50,521 bases of DNA from a virus, in IMG/VR virus record IMGVR_UViG_3300010383_000013, positions 1 through 50,521 of that record. The stretch is one strand, 5' to 3'. The notes under the pieces are model-generated. The model was not told where the DNA came from. It did no database searches and was given only the letters and a program-made list of their open reading frames with translations. Position numbers and translations under genes: made by a program. Below are positions 1 to 7,700 of the stretch, in pieces. Positions within the stretch are counted from its first letter, which is position 1. Each line of letters starts with the position of its first letter.

Positions 1-55
1 CTAGTGCTCGTGCGGAAGCGGATCGCTGAACCAGCCAGGTACTACCACTCCCAGC
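1..55. repeat. Terminal direct repeat copy 1 (identical to 50467..50521)
   Basis: The sequence ctagtgctcgtgcggaagcggatcgctgaaccagccaggtactaccactcccagc is read at both ends. A 55-bp length fits a k-mer overlap from assembly of a circular molecule. Confidence 0.95.
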
Positions 56-381
56 GCGCCATCGTGATGCGCACCGGGCTCCTCGTCGTCGAGGAGCGGC
101 GCCGGCTCTGGCACGAACTCGTCCACGCCGACCGCGGCGACGTCGCCGGCCACTGCGACGACGCCGTCGAGGCGCAAGTCGAGCGGCTCGCCGTACGCCG
201 CGCGCTGCCCCTGAAGTCGCTGCGGTGGGCCATGGGCCAGGAGCTCGAGCGGCACCGCGTCGCCGAGATGCTGAAGCTGCCGGAGGAGTGGATCCAGTTC
301 CGGCTCGACATTGCAACCGAGCGGGAACGCCGGGAGCTGAGAGACCTGCAGGCCGGCCTGTGGGCCGAGGAGGTCGCATGA
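4..381 (+). CDS. ImmA/IrrE-family (M78) zinc metallopeptidase, putative repressor-cleaving anti-repressor
   Basis: HExxH motif (WHELVH) preceded by RAIVMRTGL, as in M78 peptidases. The GTG start at 4 (= 50470) has a GAGGA Shine-Dalgarno at 50461-50465, so the gene straddles the circular junction. It lies directly downstream of the HTH repressor gene. Confidence 0.8.
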   Translation: MLVRKRIAEPARYYHSQRAIVMRTGLLVVEERRRLWHELVHADRGDVAGHCDDAVEAQVERLAVRRALPLKSLRWAMGQELERHRVAEMLKLPEEWIQFRLDIATERERRELRDLQAGLWAEEVA

Positions 382-830
382 CCGAGGAGCAGCCGCCGGC
401 TGGCGCAGCGCCTGGCTGGTACCCCCAGCCCGACGGAAGCCGCTGGTACTGGGACGGCCAGAAGTACACCCAGCACGTCACAGCCGAGGAGTTTGCCGCC
501 GAGGAGAAGCGCCGCCGTACCCGGAACCTCGCGACCATCTTGGTTGGCGGCGGCCTCGTGCTGGTCGTCGCGATCGCTGCTCTCGTGACCCAAAAGAGCC
601 CAGAGGACAAGGCCATCGACGCCTGCCACGACTACATGTTCGATCGGCTGAAGGCGCCGGCCACGGCCGACTTCTCCGACGAGTGGGCGACCGAGGTCAG
701 CAGCGGCGGGTTCAAGGCCTACGGCACGGTCGACTCAGAGAACGGGTTCGGCGCGAAGGTGCGGCTGACGTTCACCTGCGACGTCACGAGCGGCTACATC
801 GTCAGCGACCTGCACACGAGCGAAGACTGA
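378..830 (+). CDS. DUF2510-type membrane protein (N-terminal GWYPxPDG..WYWDG motif, one TM, extracytoplasmic domain)
   Basis: The ATG overlaps the ImmA stop (ATGA) and has a GAGGAGG Shine-Dalgarno. Motif APGWYPQPDGSRWYWDGQKYT is followed by the TM segment LATILVGGGLVLVVAIAALV. Confidence 0.75.
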   Translation: MTEEQPPAGAAPGWYPQPDGSRWYWDGQKYTQHVTAEEFAAEEKRRRTRNLATILVGGGLVLVVAIAALVTQKSPEDKAIDACHDYMFDRLKAPATADFSDEWATEVSSGGFKAYGTVDSENGFGAKVRLTFTCDVTSGYIVSDLHTSED

Positions 831-834
831 CCCG

Positions 835-2334
835 TTGGCCAGACAACTGCGCGCCGTCCCCGAGTCCCCACCGCGGGTGCTCGGCCTGATCCGCGTGTCA
901 AAGGAGCGCGACGGCACCATCTCCCCGGAGACCCAGCTTGCCGCGATCACCGAGTACTGCACCAGCCGCGGGTACGACATCGTCGGCTGGCTCGAGGGCC
1001 TCGACGAATCCGGCTCCCGGCTCCGGTCACCGTGGTGGGCCAAGCTCGACCAGGCCGTCGACCGCGTGGAGACTGGTGACGTCGACGGGATCGTCGTGTG
1101 GCGGTTCTCCCGCACGGCACGCCACCGGCTGAAGTGGGCGACCGCGCTGCACCGCGTCGACAACTCCGGCGGGTTCCTCGAGGCCGCCCAGGAGCAGTTC
1201 GACACCACGACCGCGATCGGTCGGCTCGCCCGCGGCATGACCGGAGAGTTCAACGCCTTCCAGGCCGAGCTCATCGGAGAGTCGTGGAAGGAGGCCCACG
1301 CGCACCGGATCAAGGCGGGGCGGCCTGCCAACGGCAAGCCGCGGTTCGGGTACCGGTACGACGCCGAGCAGAAGCTGCACGTCCCCGACCCGGACACCGG
1401 GCCGGTGCTGGCCGACATGTACCGGCGCTACGTTGCCGGTGAGACCGTGTACGACCTGGTGCGGTGGCTGAACGCGCACGGGTGGCGTACGACGAACGCC
1501 GGCCTCTGGTCGGACAGGACGCTGCGCCGGGTGCTGGACTCCGGGTTCGCGACCGGCCGGTTCATGGCCGGCGGGGACGTGAAGCGCGGTGTGGCACCGA
1601 CGCTGCACCCCGGCGTGCACCAGCCCCTGATCGACGACGACCTCTGGCAGACCTACCTCGACGCGCGCGAGGTGCGGCGCGGCCGGTCCCCGAGGTCGGA
1701 GCGGTCGCAGTATCTGCTGTCGGGGATGGTCCGGTGTGCACGCTGCGGCGGGAGCATGGTCGCGGGCCAGTTCGGCGCCGGGCGGGCCCCCAAGTACCGG
1801 TGCAAGACCGGGAAGGAGATCGGGCCGGCGGCCTGCTCGGGCGGGTACGTGATGGCCGCGCTCGTCGAGGGTCACGTCCAGGCGTGGCTGACCGAGCGCG
1901 CCGCCGCGGTTGACCAGGTCGCTGAGACCGCGAACGGTTCGTCGGCACACCGGGCGTCGCTGGCCGCGCAGGAGAAGGTGCTGGTCCGGCAGATCACCAC
2001 AGCCGAGCGGGCACTCGCGAACCTGACGGTGCAGAAGGCCAAGGAGCAGCTGAGGGAACGCGAGTACCAGGCGGCTCGCCAGGAGTTGCTCGACGAGCTC
2101 ACCGGGCTGGAGGCATCGCTGGAGCTCGTCCAGCGTGATGCGCGGCGAGCGCCGGAGGACGTCACCGCGGTGGCGGCGGGACTCCTGGAGGAGTGGGACG
2201 AGACACCGGTGGTCGTGCGCCGCGAGGTGCTGCGCCGGCTGGTCGACTGCGTGCTGGTGACGACCGGACGGCCACGGGCGCGGTTCCGGGTCGTCGAGGC
2301 ATGGGAGGTCCGCCCGGGCGGTGGGAGTCTCTAG
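835..2334 (+). CDS. int: Large serine recombinase (phage integrase)
   Basis: N-terminal resolvase catalytic domain (LIRVSKERDG with catalytic Ser, WRFSRTAR). It also has a recombinase domain, a zinc ribbon (CARCGG...YRCKTG...C) and a C-terminal coiled coil. The start is uncertain: TTG at 835 or GTG at 877. Confidence 0.95.
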   Translation: MARQLRAVPESPPRVLGLIRVSKERDGTISPETQLAAITEYCTSRGYDIVGWLEGLDESGSRLRSPWWAKLDQAVDRVETGDVDGIVVWRFSRTARHRLKWATALHRVDNSGGFLEAAQEQFDTTTAIGRLARGMTGEFNAFQAELIGESWKEAHAHRIKAGRPANGKPRFGYRYDAEQKLHVPDPDTGPVLADMYRRYVAGETVYDLVRWLNAHGWRTTNAGLWSDRTLRRVLDSGFATGRFMAGGDVKRGVAPTLHPGVHQPLIDDDLWQTYLDAREVRRGRSPRSERSQYLLSGMVRCARCGGSMVAGQFGAGRAPKYRCKTGKEIGPAACSGGYVMAALVEGHVQAWLTERAAAVDQVAETANGSSAHRASLAAQEKVLVRQITTAERALANLTVQKAKEQLREREYQAARQELLDELTGLEASLELVQRDARRAPEDVTAVAAGLLEEWDETPVVVRREVLRRLVDCVLVTTGRPRARFRVVEAWEVRPGGGSL

Positions 2335-2342
2335 GCACCGTT

Positions 2343-2358
2343 CACGGTCGTGACCGTG
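2343..2358. repeat. 16-bp palindrome CACGGTC-GT-GACCGTG, 8 nt after the int stop (attP core candidate or bidirectional terminator)
   Basis: Perfect 7-bp inverted arms flank a non-palindromic GT dinucleotide. It sits in the 37-bp gap between convergent int and the DUF3263 gene. Confidence 0.4.
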
Positions 2359-2371
2359 TCCTGAAGACTCG

Positions 2372-2662
2372 TCAGGCGTCGACGTCGAGTCGCGCGGCCG
2401 ATCGCTGCCGCGCGCGGGCGGCTCGGAGCCGGCGGAGCCGGCGCACGAGGAGCGGATCGTGCTCGAGGGCGGCAGGCTGGTCGAGGAGCCGGTTCAACGC
2501 GGCGTAGTAGCGGGTCATCGAGAGGTCAAACCGCTCGCGGATGGCCGTCTCCTTGGCGCCGGGGTACTTCCACCACTGGCGCTCGAACTCGAGGAGTTCG
2601 CGGTCTAAGTCGGTGAGCTCGCTGGTGCCGGTCGTCGCTGCCGGCGCGGTGTTGGTGGTCAT
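2372..2662 (-). CDS. DUF3263-domain protein
   Basis: 96 aa. The pattern LTDLDRELLEFERQWWKYPGAKETAIRERF..S.TRYYAALNRLLD and the Arg-rich tail match the actinobacterial DUF3263 family as I recall it. Confidence 0.7.
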   Translation of the reverse strand: MTTNTAPAATTGTSELTDLDRELLEFERQWWKYPGAKETAIRERFDLSMTRYYAALNRLLDQPAALEHDPLLVRRLRRLRAARARQRSAARLDVDA

Positions 2663-2772
2663 GACCGGGGACAGTAGTTGCGGCCGCCGACAGGCCCAGG
2701 CGGGTGGTTGTGGCCGGCGCCGCGGTTGTCGGACGATCTACGTGGGTGGGGGACCCGACGAAGGAGACGGTG

Positions 2773-2955
2773 ATGGCTGCAGGGAAGTTCGAGATCTTCC
2801 GCGACAGCTCCGGTCAGTACCGGTGGCGGCTGAAGGCCTCCAACGGGGAGACCGTGGCGCAGAGCGAGGCGTACACGCAGAAGCACAACGCGAAGTCGGG
2901 CGCCGAGGCCGTGCAGGAGGCCGCTGATGGTGCCGCGATCGAGGATCTGACCTAG
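2773..2955 (+). CDS. YegP/DUF1508-family small protein
   Basis: 60 aa. MAAGKFEIFRDSSGQYRWRLKASNGETVAQSEAY is the characteristic DUF1508 repeat. A GAAGGAG Shine-Dalgarno lies 6 nt upstream of the ATG. Confidence 0.85.
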   Translation: MAAGKFEIFRDSSGQYRWRLKASNGETVAQSEAYTQKHNAKSGAEAVQEAADGAAIEDLT

Positions 2956-2959
2956 CGGT

Positions 2960-3271
2960 TCAGCCGGGCATCCCGATCCCGGGGCGGCCGCGGTCGACCG
3001 CGAGGCGGCGGCGTACGGCGTCGGCGCGCTCGTCGGCGAGCGCCGGGTCCCCGCCGGCGGCGATGAGCAGGTCGGCGACCTCGGCGGACTGGTAGCCACC
3101 GGCGCCTCGAGCGGTGCCGGCCGCGGTGCCGAGGAGACGCGGGTCGGTGGTGATGGCGTGGAGCTCGGCGATCGCCGTGTCCTGGTCGGTGCGTTCGCGG
3201 AGCAGCCGGCGCGCGGCACCGTCGAGGCGGGCTGTCGTGATGCCCGCGTTCGGGGTGCTCGGTCGTGCCAT
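2960..3271 (-). CDS. Hypothetical protein (103 aa)
   Basis: An internal ATG of the 214-aa ORF was chosen. The upstream extension overlaps the neighbouring gene and is Arg/His-rich junk. No recognisable domain. Confidence 0.4.
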   Translation of the reverse strand: MARPSTPNAGITTARLDGAARRLLRERTDQDTAIAELHAITTDPRLLGTAAGTARGAGGYQSAEVADLLIAAGGDPALADERADAVRRRLAVDRGRPGIGMPG

Positions 3272-3315
3272 GGCGGGGAGTACAGCACGCGCCGCCGACA
3301 CCCGGGCATGACGAA

Positions 3316-3358
3316 AGCCCCGGCCCCCATCCAACGCGGTGGGAGGGGGCCGGGGGCT
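3316..3358 (-). terminator. GC-rich inverted repeat (13-bp arms, 16-nt spacer); minus-sense stem-loop followed by TTTCGTC
   Basis: AGCCCCGGCCCCC (3316-3328) pairs with GGGGGCCGGGGGCT (3345-3358) with one bulged base. It could be a terminator for antisense read-through or a recombinase site. Confidence 0.4.
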
Positions 3359-3418
3359 CGAGGACGTCGGTCCAGGCTTCGGAGGCACGGCGTGTGGTGA
3401 ATCCCAGGACTTGGCCAG

Positions 3419-3874
3419 TTGCTCTCTGTCAGCATGCTCAACATGGTCGAGACTCTGGCGATCGTGATCGCGTCTTCGTCTGTAGTAGCCGCAGGAGTGA
3501 CCGTCGTGATGACCTACGTTTCTCAGCGGCGATGGGCATCCTTCCTTCTCAAGCGCGACGCCTGCCTCGCCGCCCTGGACGTGGTGGACGGATATTTCTC
3601 GCACATGCGTTGGGGGGACGTCGTTCCGACGCAGCAGCCTGCCCCTTCAGTAGGAGAGGCTCGCCGGTGCCACAACCTCCTGGTGGTCACCTGTCGCGAT
3701 CCGAAGGTCGCCGAGCTCTATCTCGACTGCCTCGGTGTCAATGGGCCGATTACTCCGGTGAAGTTCCACCAGTTGAGAGAGGCGGTCCGCCGCGAGTGTC
3801 GGCTCGGGCGCGGAGCGCTCGACCCAAACCTCGACCGAGTCTGGCTCGCCAAGGTCGAGACTCAGAACGGATAG
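3419..3874 (+). CDS. Hypothetical single-pass membrane protein (lower-GC moron)
   Basis: The TM segment is LAIVIASSSVVAAGVTVVMTY. Third-position GC is visibly lower than in the rest of the genome. The start is uncertain, with several in-frame ATGs between 3419 and 3445. Confidence 0.5.
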   Translation: MLSVSMLNMVETLAIVIASSSVVAAGVTVVMTYVSQRRWASFLLKRDACLAALDVVDGYFSHMRWGDVVPTQQPAPSVGEARRCHNLLVVTCRDPKVAELYLDCLGVNGPITPVKFHQLREAVRRECRLGRGALDPNLDRVWLAKVETQNG

Positions 3875-3885
3875 GGTTTTCCGCC

Positions 3886-4725
3886 ATGGTCTCTATACAG
3901 GCGGCACGACGGGCATGGGACGTGCTCGGCTTCGGCGTGGTCACCGCCGCCCGCCAACGCTCCAAGTGGTCAAAGTCAGCCGACGCCCGCCGGATCGCCG
4001 ACGTCGCCACGGGTGCACGCGTGTTGGAGATCGGCGGCCCGTCGAGCGTGTTCCGCCCCGGCGGGATCGTGCCTGTCTATCCGCTGGCCGCGCACATCGA
4101 CAACATCAACTTCGCCGGCGAGACGATCTGGGAAGAGGGGCTGGCCGACGGCGGAACCTACGCACCCGAGGGCGACCGGCTCGGCACCCAGTACCTCCAG
4201 GAGGCCACCGAGATCGACGTACCGGGACCTTATGACGTGGTGATCTCGTCGCACACGATCGAGCACACCGCGAACCCGCTGCGCGCGCTCAAGGTGTGGC
4301 GTGATGCGACCAAGCCGGGTGGTCACCTGCTGCTGGTCGTGCCGCACCTGGACGGGACGATGGACCACACGCGTCCGATCACAACGCTGGATCACCTCCG
4401 CGAGGACGAGGCGGCCAAGCGGGGCGAGGACGACGACACTCACTTCCAGGAGGCGATCGAGGTCAGCGACCCGACGCTCATCATGGGCATGTCCCGTGAG
4501 GAGTGGTCGGGTCGCATCCTCGACAACGTCCGCCGACGCGCTGTGCACCACCATGTGTTCTCCACCAGGTCGGCGTTGGAGATGGTCGCCGAGGCCGGCT
4601 GGTCGCCGGTTGTGGCTCACGCGTTCTGGCCGTACAACATCGTCATCCTCGCCGTGAACGGTGAGGCTCCCGGGCCGCAGCGGATCGTGAGCCCCTTCCG
4701 GACGGACCGCCGTCAGTTGAAGTAG
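3886..4725 (+). CDS. Class I SAM-dependent methyltransferase
   Basis: Motif I is ARVLEIGGP. The post-I/II regions include YDVVISSHTIEHTANP and the LKPGG-like KPGGHLLLVVP. The ATG at 3886 is in frame within the 486-aa ORF, and only this part looks coding. Confidence 0.85.
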   Translation: MVSIQAARRAWDVLGFGVVTAARQRSKWSKSADARRIADVATGARVLEIGGPSSVFRPGGIVPVYPLAAHIDNINFAGETIWEEGLADGGTYAPEGDRLGTQYLQEATEIDVPGPYDVVISSHTIEHTANPLRALKVWRDATKPGGHLLLVVPHLDGTMDHTRPITTLDHLREDEAAKRGEDDDTHFQEAIEVSDPTLIMGMSREEWSGRILDNVRRRAVHHHVFSTRSALEMVAEAGWSPVVAHAFWPYNIVILAVNGEAPGPQRIVSPFRTDRRQLK

Positions 4726-7700
4726 CTGATGACGATGATCCGGCCGGCTCCTCCCGCTCCGCCGGCGCCGGAGTTGTTGCCGTTGAGCGACGCCCCACCG
4801 CCGCCACCGCCCGAGCCGTAGGAGCCCGCGCCGCCCGCTCCGCCCGCACCGGTGGACGACCCGCCGCCGCCGCCGCCGGAGCCGCCCGACAGGGCCGGGT
4901 TGGTCGGTGCGGACCCAGCCGTGCCCGCCACGCCGGCACCGCCGCCGGCCGGGTCGGTGGAGCTCCCGGAGAGTGCCGCGGCGCCGGTCCCGCCGGCCGA
5001 GTCAGCGTTCCCAGACGTGATGCCACCTCCGCCACCACCACCGGCGCCGCTGCCGTTGTGCGGGCGGCCGGTCGCGTTCGACGCGGCGCCACCCTGCCCG
5101 CCGGAGGAGGAGGCCGCGGCGCCGGACGCGGTGCCCGGGGTCTGCGCGGACCCGCCGGACCCGGACGAGTTCGTGCCGCCGGCTCCACCTGCGCCACCGC
5201 GGGCGAACAGCTTGGCCGAGGAGGAGATGCCGCCGAAGAAGGTCAGGCCGCCGGAGCCACCCGCGCCACCGTTGCTGTCGTCGCTGGTGGCCGCGGCCCC
5301 CGCCGTCCCGGCCGATCCGCAGGAGTACGCCTCGGTCCCGGAGAGGTCCGAAGACAGGAACTCCGCCGTGATGATCGCGCCTGCTGCGCCGCCACCGCCA
5401 CCGCATCGGACAGTGGCCGCGGCTCCGCGCCTCCCGCCACCACCACCACCACCGGCTCCGATGGCAATGACGCGGTGCCGGACCGCCCCGGAGGGCTTGG
5501 ACCAGTTCCCGGCGCCGGAGAGGATGTCGACCTGCGGCGGGGTGCCGGTGTCGATCGGGATGATCGACCCGGTGCCGCTGTCGCTGACGGACTCCACCAG
5601 TGCGGCTTGGCCGGGTGCGAGCCGCACGTTCGCGGCACCCGACGGGATGACGATGCCCGTCGTGTGGCCGTGGCCGCGGTTCCCGGTCAGGTAGGGGCCG
5701 TCGCTGACGGGTCCGAGCCGGTAGGACGGGGCGCCGGCGCGAGTGCCCGCCCCGGCGATCGCGATGTTGTTCGCGACGATGCCACCCGTGGTCAGCCCGA
5801 TCAGGAACGACCCCTGATTGGAGGCGAGGTCACCGCCGGTGGAGAACGACACGCAGTCCTCGGCGATGTTGCCGATGATCATGCAGTCTGCGGAGTCCCA
5901 TCCGATCGAGTGCCCGCCGGTGCCGCAGTGGAAGGCGCGGTTGAACGCGTGGATCAGCTTCCCGCCGCGAGGCGCGGACGAGGACCCCATGATGAGGCCG
6001 TTGTCGCGGCCGTCCTCGGCGTAGCAGCGGGTGACCGTGGCGTCGCCGTTCTGCACCACGATCGCATCGGAGGCCGACTTGCGGACTGTGACGTTGCTGT
6101 AGTCGGTGCGCTCGACGGCGTTCAGGGCGGCGATGCACTGGTAGCTGCCGACGGTGAGGATCTCGTACCGGGTGCCCGCGGCCGGGGTCACGCCGGCGGA
6201 GTTGTAGGTCCGGAACCCGTTGCCGTAGGTGGTGACCTGGGTGGCCGAGTTGATCGCGCTGATCGCAGCCCGGTCGACGTGGTAGATCGTGTACGAGGTG
6301 CCTGTCGAGGGCAGGCCGGTGTAGGACCGGTCGGTCTCGGACTGCCAGTCTTCGATGAGGAGCTCGGTCGCCGAGATCACGGAGCGGACCACGGTCATCC
6401 GGTCGGCGGTGCGGATGATGTCGCCGCGGAGCACGCCGAGGGTGACGAAGTCGGCGCCCGAGTCCTGCATGGTCAGCGCGTAGCCGTCGCCGCCGGTGAT
6501 CGTGGCCGCCCTCAGTGGCGTCATCACGCGGATGATGTCGCCGGCCGCGATGGTTCCGTCGGTGAACGTGGCGCCCGTGTCGGTGATGGTGGTGGCGGTG
6601 TAGGTGACCCCGGCGCCGGACCCGGACTTCTTCTGGATGCTGGTCCACCAGCCGCCGTCGAAGTGGCTGTCTGAGACCGAGAGGTAGCGGACCTTCTTCG
6701 AGGTCGTCGCGCCGGCGACGATGCCGAGCTTGAGGTACCGGCCGCGGACGTTCTTGATGAAGACCTCGCGGGCGCCGGACTGCACGCTGATCGCCTGGCC
6801 CTGGATGGCGCCCTTGCCGTCGAAGTCGCAGTCATCGACCAGCACCCAGGGCGCCGCGGCCTGGATGGCCTGCCCCTTGAAGTCGGTGAACGCCATGCGG
6901 CGGATGGTGACCTTGCCGGTGATGCCCTTGGTGCCGATCAGGTTCGGCGCGGAGGCGATCCCGGCCCCGTCGATGCTGAACCCCTCGAACGTCACGCTCG
7001 GGTTGCTCGTCCCGACGTCGACCATGATGGTGCTGGACGACACGGTGGGGTGCTTGATGACTCGCGACCGGGACGGGCCGTCGCCGATGATGGTGTGGTT
7101 GCCCTTCATCAGCCAGAACGAGACGGCGTAGTACTTCCCGGGGTCGGAGGCGGGGACGTAGATGGCCCGGCCGTGGGTGTAGGCCGCGTCGCACGCAGCG
7201 CGCCATGCGGTCGAGTCGTCGGTACCGGTGCCCGCGTCCTTGTCCCAGTCGCCCTTGCATCCGTAGGAGCGGACGTTGACCGGCATTCCCGGGGCCGGCT
7301 TGAACTTGGAGACGTCGAACGAGGCGCCAGCGGTGTGGTTGGCGGTGGCCTCCATGATCGCGCCGCCGTTGGGCTCGATCACGTACTGGCCGGTGGTGAT
7401 CGCGAGGCCGGTCTTCCAGCGCGGCACCGTGGCGTCCGCGATCGAGGCCGCCTGCTGAATAGCGACGGGATGCGTCGGATCCTGCATCGCCTCAACCTGG
7501 GCCGCCACGAACGCCGAGTCCGGGTCTGCCTGGCGGGATGCCATGATCGCGTCGTTCGTGTCCCCGACCGCCTCCGCAGCCTCCTTCGCCGCGTTCGCGT
7601 CAGCAGCCGACCCCTCCGCCAGGACCACCGCGGCATCCGCCCGGGTCACGATGTCGCCGGCCGCGACCATCTGGACCCGCTCACCGCCACCCGCCGACGC

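Noticed and set aside
2372-2955. The idea that DUF3263 and YegP are host genes flanking an integrated prophage.
   Set aside because: The contig closes on itself with identical 55-bp ends, and phage genes continue on both sides. These genes are therefore carried by the element.
3272-3604. Upstream extension of the minus-strand ORF 2960..3604.
   Set aside because: It would overlap the plus-strand membrane gene and the hairpin, and its composition is His/Arg-rich junk. The internal ATG at 3271 is preferred.
3265-3885. N-terminal 207-aa extension of the methyltransferase ORF (486-aa version).
   Set aside because: The extension is Arg/Pro/Ser-rich. It overlaps the membrane-protein ORF in another frame and crosses the 3316..3358 hairpin. 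The methyltransferase fold begins after the ATG at 3886.
4643-5694. Proline-rich ORFs (4852..5694 on the plus strand, 4643..5197 on the minus strand) over the fibre 3' region.
   Set aside because: They are out-of-frame or antisense readings of the GGC/GCC-rich DNA that encodes the glycine-rich domain.
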